A stretch of DNA of 64,000 nt from an uncultured bacterium. GTDB lineage: Bacteria; Oederibacteriota; PGYV01; CAWJRG01. A program made the translations under genes and the position numbers. This document shows, one piece after another, positions 39,280-49,969 of the stretch; within the stretch, counting starts at the first letter, position 1, and each line of letters opens with the position of its first letter. The stretch is taken from NCBI GenBank assembly GCA_963845185.1, contig CAWJRG010000010.1, forward strand, positions 608,001-672,000, written 5' to 3'. Below the pieces are notes generated by a model, which was not told where the DNA came from, did not search any database, and saw only the letters and a program-made list of their open reading frames with translations.

Positions 39280-41981
39280 TTATTCCATTTCAATCGAAAT
39301 AACATTATAATATTTCAAATTGTCCACCTTCAGTTTCAAGACTCCGTTATTAAAATCATACTTAACGTCCTTTTTGCCGTTGAAATCAGGCGAAACAGCG
39401 TACACTTTTAACGGCTTTTTTTGCAGCTCTATAAGTACATTAAAATCCCTTTGTGGCAGGATTTTGCCCTTATAGTTGTGATTGACCAGGTGAAGGACAT
39501 AGCGGTTGTCCTTTTTTTGTTCCATAAGGTTGTATGAAATATTTTTCCGCGGTATCCTCACGTTTACCGGCGAATAATCGTTGCCGTGGTAAAAGCCGCT
39601 GTTGTCTTTATAATACTTCGCGTATTCCGCGAAAAAATCCAATACCCGGATTCTTCAGCCGTGGGCTCGCCGGGCATCACGGTCGCGAGATGAAAGGCGT
39701 AATAACAGCCCGCGGCGTATGCTTCAGCGGCGTATATCCGCCAGAAATCCATTTTTTGTCCGGCTGAAAGCGCGTAATAGCCGTCAATTACCCTGTTTGG
39801 AAAATCAAGAAAAAATACAAGCGGGACATCTCCCGATGCTTCTTTACTGCGTTTATACATTTTCTTGTATATGTCCATGACTGACACGCTTCCGTCAAGT
39901 TTTCCGTCTTTTATGGGCACATAATCAAGGCCGTTCCAGTCCATGGGGGCGTTATCCGGGTTCGGCATGTAAATGCCCAGGCTGTTAAAATCGACGCATG
40001 GCATAATGCCGTTGCAGGTTATCAGTATCTTTTTCCCGTATTTTTCCCTGCCGTACGCCCTTGCAGCGTCAAATATTTCTTTTAAATACTTCTTTATGTA
40101 GACGCCTGTAAAAGTGCCGTCATTATACAGCCTGTTTCCCATTTGCTTGCCCCATTCTTTCGCGAGCGGGTTTGACTCTTCCTGCACCGTATCCTTTCCC
40201 CATGTTTTGCCGGTCCAGCCGTTTTTTTGCAGGTATTTCCTGTAGTTGAAATTCCTGTCAAGGTCGTCTGCCGGGACGCCTTTTTTTATGATGTTGTCGT
40301 CCGTCATTTTAAAATTATTTTTCCAGTCCGCGTCTTTATAATTTGGATATTTGTCCATAAGGTACCTGTTGAAATCCGCTATTGAATAGTCATCGAACCC
40401 TTCGTTGCCCGACCAGTTTTTTGCGGGCCCGCCCAGATACCCTGAATTTGCCTCGTCAAGGTGTATGCCGTCTGCGCCGCCGTCTATGAGCATTTTGCAG
40501 GTTTCTATTAGGTATTGCCTGTATTTCGGGTTTGCGAGCGCGCCGCGGTTTCCCACGCCCAGGAAGTCGTCCCACGGCACGACCTCGTTGTTTGCGTCCC
40601 TGGAAGCCATATTTAAAAAATCCCCGTTTGATTTAAATTCATTTTTATCTATGACCGTCGTAATCCCGCCCATGGCCAGTATGCCGGAATAATGGTATTT
40701 TTTCATATTGCTGAAATCGTAATCTGTCTTAGCGGCTCCGTCCGCGCCCCATTTGCAGAAATTCCTGATATTTATATCCGGTTTTACCTTATAAATCAGC
40801 GGGTCATATTCCTTCGGCCTTAGCTGGTCAAACACAAAGACCGTACAATCGCCAATATCCTTGTTTAACTTTTTATCTTCCAGGTTTTCAGGAAAAATAA
40901 TTTCGGATTTGTCCCCGCCCAGGTCGGTTACTGCGACATTACTGAAAATTATTGTGCTCTTTGCCTGCCCGCCGAACATCAGCTGGAAGGATGCTTTGGG
41001 GTCGGTCTCCATGTGCATGGTAAAGGTATAGGAGTATTTCCCGCTTTTTCCGGATAATTTGAATGTCCTTTGCTTTGAATATGAGGTCCACGGTTCTTTG
41101 TCCAGGTGTATTTCAGAAACTATGCTTATCGGCGGGTCTGCCCTGGCCTCAAACTCAACCCTGTATATTCTTCCCTTTACAATATTTATGCCCGGATTTG
41201 AAATACCCGCTGACCATAAATATGGCCCCGGCTCAGTAATTTCCACCTGCCCCCGGCCGTTTGCCGCGGTAAATACGCCCTTGCCTGTCTGGTTTGTCCA
41301 GAAATACCAGTTATTATTTCCCTGGCTGAAGTCTCCATTTACAGGCTGTAAAACATCATTGCCCGGTATCCCGCTTTTTGAAGCAGAAGAAGCGCCGCTG
41401 ATGGGCGTTGGAGCCGCGTTTGCAGATGCTTTCCCGGCTGCCTCGATGGGCCCGATTTCCACGGTTGAGTCTCCGGTAATTTCCGGCTGCAAGTTCATGC
41501 TTTTGATCATTGTGAGGTCCATGGCATGCCCGGGTATCGCGTCCGGCGGCGTGTAATAAGAGTCCTTGTTAAATGATGAAAAAGGTACTGTGACTTCTGT
41601 CCAGTCCCCGGATGAAATCTGAAACACGGCAACATACTGCACGTTGTATGAGTCCTTGAGCGCTATTTGCACTTCCCCGGCAGTGTTTGACTTGACCTTG
41701 AATTTCAAGGAACCAAACTTCGAAAGGTCTAGCGCAACAGCGCGCCATATTCCGCACCAGCCGCTCTCGGATATTTTTGAGGTCAGCTTGATGGCCTTGT
41801 TGTTGTCAGGCCCGGCTTCAGCCGTGAAACTGATCTTGGAACCCGTGGTGTCCGCAAACGTTCCTATGTCCTGACCATGGTTCACCCTGCTCCAGTCCTC
41901 AATGACTGCCGCAAAAGCAGCCGAAGACAGGAATAACAAAACCGCTGCTAAACTTAAAAGTCCTTTCATTTTTCTTTTCAT
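39280..41981 (-). CDS. Secreted CBM11-like + CBM4/9-like + putative TIM-barrel glycoside hydrolase; frameshifted at GGG near 39646
   Basis: GGAGG then MKRKMKGLL; NGDFSQG...IYRVEFEARA CBM4-like; GADGIHLDE. One extra G in TCC GGG (G)TA TTG joins it to ORF 39280-39642, giving 900 aa. Confidence 0.7.
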
Positions 41982-41996
41982 TTTTGCCTCCATTTT

Positions 41997-42092
41997 GTGG
42001 AACATCGCTAAAAACCGCCGGAGATTATCATAAGTTCCCTCCGGAAAGTTATAATACATCCCCTCAACATGGGGGATTTCTTTCTGGATTAA
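41997..42092. mobile_element. Degenerate copy 2 of the IS200/IS605-like miniature element
   Basis: Shares GTGGAAC, AGTTCCCTCCGGAAAG and GGGGGATTTCTTTCTGGATTAA with 13255-13377; the first hairpin is missing. Confidence 0.55.
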
Positions 42093-42179
42093 CATCGTTA
42101 CCTTACCCTGTATAATGGAGTTAAATGAAAAAGGTTGCAAATGATAGTTAAAAAAATTTGAATTGTAAGGGGTTTAACG

Positions 42180-42210
42180 CCCCCCTTAACAAGGGGGGCG
42201 TAGGGGGGAT
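42180..42210. repeat. CCCCCCTTAACAAGGGGGG palindromic repeat, copy 2
   Basis: Matches 23497-23528. Confidence 0.65.
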
Positions 42211-42353
42211 TATGCCCTACCACAGATTTTTATTGGATTCCAAAAAAACTACCCCTGCCCAAACGCGACCCTACCCGGAATTTCTTGCTATTGATAAGAA
42301 TCCTCTTCTACACCGTTTTTCACAAAAAAAATCTCATATAATGTTATATACTA

Positions 42354-42431
42354 AATTACCATACAATGTGCAATACTATACAATTTGTATGGTAATTATT
42401 TCTTGACAACAGTTACCATACAATATATGCT
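42354..42431 (+). promoter_or_regulatory. sigma70 promoter with three TTACCATACAA operator boxes
   Basis: TTGACA 42403-42408, 17 nt, TATGCT 42426-42431; boxes at 42356 (forward), 42385 (reverse) and 42413 (forward). Confidence 0.75.
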
Positions 42432-42465
42432 AATTCAAATAATGTATGATAACGAGGTGAGTACA

Positions 42466-42783
42466 ATGGCAGTAATTAAAGCTATATTAAGGGAAGAACT
42501 TCGTAATGCTGTTGTTATGAAGTCAGAATATGAAAAAGCCTTATCCAACCTTCCTGAAGGGGCGCTTTTTAAAAAGATGATTAAAAACAGGGAATACTGG
42601 TACCTGATTTCAAGGAAAGATAAAAAGGTCCATTTTAAATATATGGGGAAGCTGGATAAAGACAAAATTAATGAATATAACGAATCAAAGAAACTAAGAG
42701 CAAAATACCGTAGCTTGCTGTCCCAGGTAAAAATTCGTATCAAGTATCTTAAAGGAGTTTTACGTGGAAAAAGAGAAATATGA
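42466..42783 (+). CDS. Small basic protein, putative antitoxin/DNA-binding partner of the nucleotidyltransferase
   Basis: GAGGTG RBS, 105 aa, LPEGALFKKMIKNREYWYL...KYMGK; overlaps the next gene. Confidence 0.75.
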   Translation: MAVIKAILREELRNAVVMKSEYEKALSNLPEGALFKKMIKNREYWYLISRKDKKVHFKYMGKLDKDKINEYNESKKLRAKYRSLLSQVKIRIKYLKGVLRGKREI

Positions 42784-43453
42784 GTTGTTTACCGAAGTAT
42801 TAAAAAGGTTCGACAAGTCCGGCGTTTTAAGTGATCTTATAATAGCCGGCAGCTGGAACATCTTTCTTTACAGAGACTTTTTTGGCAAAGATTTCGAAAA
42901 AATACCACAGTTAAGAACGACAGATGTGGATTTTTTGGTTCCAAATCCTTCAAAAATAATCCATAAATCCAATATACCGGAAATTATGAAGGACCTTGGA
43001 TTTATAGTTAAATTTAAAGGAAACGAAGGTTTCGTCAAACTTATTCATCCCGACCTCACAATTGAGTTTATTGTGCCGGAAAAGGGCAAAGGAGTTGATA
43101 ATAAACCTGTTTCTTTGCCTGGGTTAGGCATAAATGCCCCTGCATTAAGGTTTATGGATATCCTTTATGAAAATATAATAACAGTAGTGTACGATGGCAT
43201 AAAAGTTAATATTGCCCATCCTGCGGCATTAGCTTTTCATTATTTGATGATTTATCCAAGACGTAAAAACAAAGAAAAGGCTGAAAAGAATCTTGAACAT
43301 GCGGCTTCTATACTTAAATTAATGATTGAAAAAGACAAACAAAAAGAAACCCGTGATATTTTTAACAAACTGCATAAAAACTGGAAAAAAGAAATAATTG
43401 AATTAATGAAAAAAAAAGACCTTGCTAATATTGTGGCGGACTTAAAGCTTTAA
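42764..43453 (+). CDS. Pol-beta-fold nucleotidyltransferase (GSU2403/AbiEii-like)
   Basis: IIAGSWN and RTTDVDF motifs, C-terminal helical RRKNKEKAEKNL segment. Confidence 0.78.
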   Translation: MEKEKYELFTEVLKRFDKSGVLSDLIIAGSWNIFLYRDFFGKDFEKIPQLRTTDVDFLVPNPSKIIHKSNIPEIMKDLGFIVKFKGNEGFVKLIHPDLTIEFIVPEKGKGVDNKPVSLPGLGINAPALRFMDILYENIITVVYDGIKVNIAHPAALAFHYLMIYPRRKNKEKAEKNLEHAASILKLMIEKDKQKETRDIFNKLHKNWKKEIIELMKKKDLANIVADLKL

Positions 43454-44169
43454 GGTGTGTTTACCTCCATATTGTCGCATTTACCGGTTAGTCTATGTTT
43501 TCAAATTTGAAGCCGTTAAAATCCATAATCATGCGGGCTTTACAACCTTGTCAAATTCTTTTCCGTGTCGCCCCGGGAGCACTGGCGGGTGACGTGATTA
43601 TTTCATTATATAGGACTACTAGGGGACGGCTTAACCCATGCGGTTTCTATACAAAACATAGCTAACTAACTCAGAATTTTACACTTTTAGTGTATTTTAT
43701 TTTCCGACCAATGTACCTTCCGGTAATATGGCCCTAAACCCGAACTAAAATGAGTGATTTAGGGTTTTACACTTTAAATGTAAACCTATCCCCTTATTTT
43801 ATACCCTGGGTATAAATTGCCCTGCCAAAATGTGGATAATATGGGATTCCCATAAATTGCCCTGCCTTCCTACCCCATTTTATTACGTCGTAATAATTTG
43901 CCTTTTTTTCTATTTTTCCCCAATATTTACAAGCCTTTTTTGGCACGAACAGCCAAAAATCGCAATATTGCAACTTTTTTTTGGATCAAATTCCGGCTAT
44001 TTTTCCAAGCCTGAGCCTGTCGAAGGCCCCCTTCTCACTTACCCCTTGCCCCTTACCACTTCCCCCTTACTCCTTATAACTACCAGTGTCGTTTCAAACT
44101 GAAACAGGCATGCTTCTCAAAGGTAGAAGCTGGGATTGTTATCATTATGTGCTCATATTCCTTCTTTTA

Positions 44170-44604
44170 TTATTTTTTCCCGTTCAGGTATTTTGCCAAC
44201 GATTCGGCAAGCAGCCGGTTCCTTTTGACATTATTTTCCAAAGCCTGCGGTTCCGGCTCCCCGCTTTCCTTTTTAAAATCCTCGATAAGGGTCAGTTTCG
44301 ACCCCTGGCCGTGTTTTTGCACTGTGAAAATATTCATGGCGTATGTAATCCCCGGCATGCCGCTTCTCGTATTGACTACTGTCATGCTTTCCGGGATGAG
44401 AATCCTTTCTGATTTCATCGACACCGGGATGCCGTTAAAAACACCTTTTACCGTATATTGTATTACGCGCTCATCCTGGAAGGATACTATATTTTCGATT
44501 CCAGGGCTTGCTCCGGCTTTCTTTAGAAAGTTTATATCCGAAACTTCATTAAAAACGGCTTCCGGGGGCTGATCCAATAAAATTTCATCCTTTATTACGG
44601 GCAT
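44170..44604 (-). CDS. SRPBCC/START-fold family protein
   Basis: N-terminal EILLDQPPEAVFNEVSD pattern; AGGAGG RBS; TTGACA-17-TATATA promoter at 44638-44666. Confidence 0.6.
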   Translation of the reverse strand: MPVIKDEILLDQPPEAVFNEVSDINFLKKAGASPGIENIVSFQDERVIQYTVKGVFNGIPVSMKSERILIPESMTVVNTRSGMPGITYAMNIFTVQKHGQGSKLTLIEDFKKESGEPEPQALENNVKRNRLLAESLAKYLNGKK

Positions 44605-45203
44605 ATTTGTCCTCCTAAATGGAATTTTAGGGTGCTTTATATACTACTAAACAGAAAAATTGTCAATAAAAAACCCCTCTGGTAAAAAAAGTTGAGCGGG
44701 ATAGATTCGGACTTCTAACATAAAATGATAGTGCAGTTACATATGTTTCAGTCTTTTTTCTACTTTATGTTTCAAGATCAAGGGAAAAACGAGGTTTATT
44801 GCGGATGGGGCCCATGTATTAGTCATTTCATTCCGGAGCCCTAAATCCTGTACCACTCATTTCGTCTGGGTGCAGGACTTGCCCGAGTTATAGTGAGTTT
44901 TAACCTTGAACTTGAGCTACAACGAATAGGTGAGAGGAGAATGTTTTAGAGTTTAATTTATAATCTAAATGTTCTAATAATACTTTCAATAATTTGTTTT
45001 ATGATTGATATTTCCATCCTCTTATCTTTGAATAAGCTTTAAATACTGGATCCGAGAATCTATAGCATTTATTACGAATTTTTATTAATATTGGGGATTT
45101 TGGATCTGCCGTTAATTCCTTCATTAGCTGCGAAGGATTTGTGATTCCCATTTCTTTTACGGTAGCATAAATACTTTCTGTATCCATTTCATCATCAGTA
45201 GTA

Positions 45204-46477
45204 TGGAATGAACCCCTTCGTTTGGACACTCGGATTAGAACAAACCGGCCTGTTCCTGTAGTTTAGTTTCAAATTCTACCGGTGGAACGTAGCCTATTGC
45301 CGAATGCAATCTTTTTTGATTATACACCTCCTCTATAAAAAATGGAATCCTTTTCAAGACGTCATCGATAGTTTTATAATCCCACATATAAACTTCTTCA
45401 CATTTAATTGTTTTCATAAAACTCTCGGCTCCGGCGTTGTCGTACGGGTTGCCTTTGCGCGACATGCTGATAGTAAATTCGTGTTCCTTCAAGATGCCAA
45501 CGTAATCGTTGCAGGCATACTGCACGCCGCGGTCTGAATGATGGACTACGCCTGTTCCGGGCTTACGTCTCTCTATGGCCATTTTAAGCGCTCCTATAGC
45601 AAGGTCGGCATCAAGATACAGCGAAATATTGTAGCCTATGACCTTTCTTGAAAAAGCGTCCAGTATCACCGCTAAATACACGAAGCCAAGCAAAATTCTG
45701 ATGTATGTTATGTCTGAACGCCAGAGCTGGTTTAACGTTGTCAGGATCATGTCCTTCGCTATATTCGGGTAAATCCTGAACGGGTGATTGGAGTCTGTGG
45801 TTTTTACCCACTTGCGTTTGTACACCACCAAAAGCGAGCTTTCACGCATGATTCTTTGTACTCTTTTGTGGTTTACAATCACACCTTCACGGTGAAGCTG
45901 TTTTGTAACCCGCCTATATCCATATCCTGCAAACTCAAGAACTATCCGTTCAATTTTATCTCTTAAATCACAGTCCACCTTTAATTTTTTCTGGTTTTTT
46001 TCTTTGGGTTTGTAGTAATAACTGCTTCGGCTCAACCCAGTCATTTTGCACCATCTTTTAACTTCTCCTTGCCTTCTTCGCCCGGATATGGCCCGCCGAA
46101 TAAACTCTCTCTTTTCTTTGGTGCTTTTGCAAGGTGTTGACAGGCTTTTTTTAAAAAGTCATTGTCCATAGTCATCTGCCCAAGCTTGCGTTCAAGCTCC
46201 CGGACATGTTCTTTAAGCCCCTCGACTTCATCAGGTTCATTGCCGTATTTGCCACGGGCATAATTTTGCTTCCAATTCTGGAGTAATCCCCCTGATATTC
46301 CATATTTCCGGCTTATCTGCGCCGGCGTACTTACCTTGGATAGCAATTCTTCTACTACTTGTATCCTAAATTCTTTGTCAAAAACTCTCTTTGGTTTCAT
46401 AGATGGTCTCCTTTGCCTTATCAGGCCAGGTCTCCGTCTATTCTAACACATGTGTCCAGTCTCTTGGGTGCAGCCCA
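45204..46477 (-). mobile_element. IS3-family insertion sequence, 1274 bp, intact
   Basis: 26-bp imperfect TG...CA terminal inverted repeats (TGGGCTGCACCCAAGAGACTGGACAC / TGGAATGAACCCCTTCGTTTGGACAC); 3-bp target duplication GTA at 45201-45203 and 46478-46480. Confidence 0.95.
45235..46400 (-). CDS. IS3 transposase OrfA (46041-46400) / OrfB (45235-46044), joined by a -1 programmed frameshift
   Basis: OrfA HTH; OrfB DDE motifs WRSDITYI, HHSDRG and DNAGAESF; slippery A7 at 46146-46152 with the -1 frame open into OrfB; ATGA overlap. Confidence 0.93.
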
Positions 46478-47566
46478 GTATCTGAAAATGCTTTTAATAA
46501 TATTTCTCGTTGTGGTGAATTTTTAACAGCAGCGTGATAAATATCTTCGTATATAGTCTTTAGTTTACCTTCTGAAATTTCTTTGACTAAAATATCAATT
46601 GTTGATTTATTAATTGTTCCTTGCCCTCTTTCATATGCCAATAACATGGCTTCTCTTCCTAATAAATGAACGAAATAAGGAAAACCTTCACTTTTATTAA
46701 TAATTATTTTTTTAACATCTTCATCAAATAAAATTTTTTTAGAAATATGATGCTCGGCTTTCGTTATAATTTCCATTAATTCTGTTTCTGGCATTCTTTC
46801 AATTTCGATAGATTCAATTTGTCTACCAACAGAAGAATGATCTTCAATCAACTCAGTTATTGATGATGCGATACCAATTATTCCAAATTTTACAAATTCT
46901 GACGAACAAGCTTTTACTAACGATGAAAAACCTTTTTTATCTTTTAAAGTGTCAAATTCATCAATTAAAATAAAAATTCCTGTTTTATCTTGGTTATCCT
47001 TTTGAACCGTACCTAACATTTGTCTAAATTGTTGTGTTAAATCATCCGACATATATGTTTTAAATGTTTTTTCCTCTTTTCCCGAACCATTTATTTTTGC
47101 TCCAAAAAAATTAGCGCCTCCATCTATTCCTATTGTTTTTTTAAAACTTTCTAATTTTATATCACCAGATTTTGTTAAATTAAATAAAGGAGGATTCTTA
47201 TCATCGCCAAATAAAATTCTTTTCAATAAATCAAAAACGTTTTTAATTGAACTATCTATTTTAATGTAATATGTAATAAACTTGAATCCATTATTAGGGA
47301 TAAAACGATCTAAACTTAATGTTCTTGGCAATTTATTATTTCCAGAAGCAATTAGGGATAGTTGGTGTCCTATTGAAGATTTTCCAACACCTCTTAAGCC
47401 ATATATAGCAAGAAAAGATCCGGGATTGCTTAGACAAATTATACCATTACGTATTTGTTCCTTTCTTCCTACAAATAAATCAGGATTTTGTATTTCTTGA
47501 GTAGGCGAAAAAGCTTCGTTAATTATTTTAATATCCATAGTTCTCCTTTTTAAAAATTTTTAATAT

Positions 47567-49969
47567 TTAATCATTTATTAATTTAAAAATATAAGAATAA
47601 ATATTATTCAACGGTCCTGAAATTTTATTATTATCAAGAAAAGAACTTACAATATTCATATAATTTACGTTAATTTTATATAGAATATTTTCATCTTTAG
47701 TTGATATAGTTTTTTGATCTAACGTAATTATTTGCAATTTAATAAATTCTTCAAAAATTTTTTCAATTTTAGGAATATTTTTTATACAACCAATAATTAT
47801 ATTTATTTTTTTTACTGAATGATAAACCTTTCCCGTTCTAAATTTTCCAAGTATTTGATTAATCCATTTTTTAACGTCATCTTCATAAACAGGTACTTCA
47901 TTCTCAGCTAATATTTTCATTAAACATGCTTTAGAATCTTCATCAATTTTTTCTACTTTTGAAAAATTTTTTTTAAATGATAATCTTTTAAGTCCTTTAC
48001 AGTTTTTAAATTCAATTCTTCCAGTAAATTCTCCATTTTCGAATAATGTATTTTCATTGAAATCACATTTATCAAATACTACGTCTTTAAAATTACAATT
48101 TATAAAAGTAACATTGAATAAATTAATTTTGGTTATTGTTCCTTTGATAGACATATTTTCAAATTTTCCATCAAACACAAATAATATATCTTCTATAATA
48201 TCCTCCGATTTTCTTTCAGTGCTTTTAAAATTTGTTGATAGATATTGGATTAAATTAAAGAGTGCGGGTGAATAATAATTTCGCCAATCTTTATGTCCTC
48301 TTAATTTATCTGATAAAATTTTTATTCTATTTATTAGAGCTTTATATTCTAAATTATTAATTTTATTTAATCTAAAAATTTCATTTAAATTCCCAAAATA
48401 TTCAGTTAACCCCGAATGTAATTTTTCAGAGAATTTTTTTAAATACTCATATTCAGATATTTCTTCTTGAAACAAAATATCGTAAAAAACCAAACACTCG
48501 AAAAATGGTCCTGCAAAATTCCACCTAAATTCATAATTATTTTGTTTATTTTTTTTAATAAGAGGATGGCTAATAAATGAACGGAATCTATTTTTGTCTT
48601 TTGGATTTTCTTTATCAATATTTGAATAAATCCATATAAAATCTTCGGAAAATGAATTTCCAATATATTCTCTATCTTTAACAATATTTTTAAATATTTC
48701 CATTTGTGTAGTAGAATCTAACCCTATTCCTTGTTTTAATGAATTACGATCACAAACTTTTTTTAATACCGCATACATAATTCCTAAGTTAGAAACACTT
48801 AATTCTGCATTATTAGTATCTTCTGCTGCTAAACAAATCATTTCTAGCATATAAGGATTAATTTCAATCTTACTTTTATTATCATAAGCATCTATAACGC
48901 TTCTAGCAAGTTTTTCGGCACGCTTACGTTGTATTTCATTTGTCAAATCAGGTGAAGATTGAATAAAATCAATCATTTGTTTTTCATTAAAATCTTTTAA
49001 AGCAAATATATCTATATTTTTCTCTATTAATTGCATAACTTCACTACTTTTAACATCTTTTATTGCTTCATCCCAAAAAACATCTCTTGTTGTAAGTAAT
49101 ATTCGACCAGTATCAATTGTCTTATTAAGACCGCTGACAAGAGAAGTAATTTTCTCTAAAACATCTTGTGCATTAAAAGAATGATAAAACATTGTACATA
49201 ACTCATCAAATCCGTCGAAAATTATTAAAAAACTACCATTATTCAAAAAAGTTTCTAAAAATTCTGTAGATTGTCTTTTAAATTTTAATTGAACCAATGA
49301 TTCAGATAGAATATCTTCAATCGCAATGGGGGACTTATCTAATAAATTTTTCCATTGGGAAGAATCAATAAAGATTGGAAGAATTTGTCTATTTTCGAAA
49401 TTTATTGCATAATTAAAATTAATTTTTTCACATAATCTAGTTTTTCCACCACCCCCAGCTCCCAATATTACTGCCACATTTCTTTTACCATTGATCAACC
49501 ATTCATTAATAAAATAATTTAATGCATTATCTTTTGATTCTTCATGCGAATCATGGCGAAAATAAATAAGAGCTTGGGATGTATATTTAGGCTCGTTTAA
49601 GTTTTCAAACAAAGATTTATCAATATTCCTTTTTATTATATCAAACGAAAATTGTCTAACAGTCCTAATTGTTGTAGCACTAAGACTTTTTTTAATACTT
49701 TCCAATTTCATTTGAATTTTGCTTGAATTTTTACCACTAATTAATGGTGAAGAATTTTGGATTAAAATATTTAATTTTCTTTCATGAGAATTTTTTTCTA
49801 AGGCATCATCAAGTGACGTATTATTAGCATCAGAATCAAAAAAAATAAATTTTATTTTTTTAATTTCAGCATAATCATAATATTCACATTCATATAATTC
49901 CCATTGCTTTCCTTGATTAATAATAGCAACATTTTCATATGCTTGTCTTAATTCGTTTATTATTGACAT
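47567..49969 (-). CDS. NACHT/STAND NTPase with C-terminal pentapeptide-like repeats
   Basis: Walker A GAGGGGKT, Walker B LIIFDGFDE, ILLTTR; FNVTFINCNFKDVVFDKCDF repeats; very AT-rich. Confidence 0.85.
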   Translation of the reverse strand: MSIINELRQAYENVAIINQGKQWELYECEYYDYAEIKKIKFIFFDSDANNTSLDDALEKNSHERKLNILIQNSSPLISGKNSSKIQMKLESIKKSLSATTIRTVRQFSFDIIKRNIDKSLFENLNEPKYTSQALIYFRHDSHEESKDNALNYFINEWLINGKRNVAVILGAGGGGKTRLCEKINFNYAINFENRQILPIFIDSSQWKNLLDKSPIAIEDILSESLVQLKFKRQSTEFLETFLNNGSFLIIFDGFDELCTMFYHSFNAQDVLEKITSLVSGLNKTIDTGRILLTTRDVFWDEAIKDVKSSEVMQLIEKNIDIFALKDFNEKQMIDFIQSSPDLTNEIQRKRAEKLARSVIDAYDNKSKIEINPYMLEMICLAAEDTNNAELSVSNLGIMYAVLKKVCDRNSLKQGIGLDSTTQMEIFKNIVKDREYIGNSFSEDFIWIYSNIDKENPKDKNRFRSFISHPLIKKNKQNNYEFRWNFAGPFFECLVFYDILFQEEISEYEYLKKFSEKLHSGLTEYFGNLNEIFRLNKINNLEYKALINRIKILSDKLRGHKDWRNYYSPALFNLIQYLSTNFKSTERKSEDIIEDILFVFDGKFENMSIKGTITKINLFNVTFINCNFKDVVFDKCDFNENTLFENGEFTGRIEFKNCKGLKRLSFKKNFSKVEKIDEDSKACLMKILAENEVPVYEDDVKKWINQILGKFRTGKVYHSVKKINIIIGCIKNIPKIEKIFEEFIKLQIITLDQKTISTKDENILYKINVNYMNIVSSFLDNNKISGPLNNIYSYIFKLIND

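Larger units (their letters stand above)
44999..47538 (-). pseudogene. STAND/AAA-type ATPase (420 aa when restored) interrupted by IS3
   Basis: FVGR, Walker A GLRGVGKS, Walker B ILIDEFD, GFPYFVH. Removing the IS and one TAC restores ...KAFSDTTDDEMDTES...GWKYQS in frame. Confidence 0.9.

Noticed and set aside
41982..42140. N-terminal extension of the 858-aa ORF
   Set aside because: It reads through the mini-element; the paralog, RBS and signal peptide place the start at 41981.
44999..45229. Independent 76-aa gene
   Set aside because: It is the C-terminal fragment of the IS-interrupted ATPase, with a start borrowed from the IS end.
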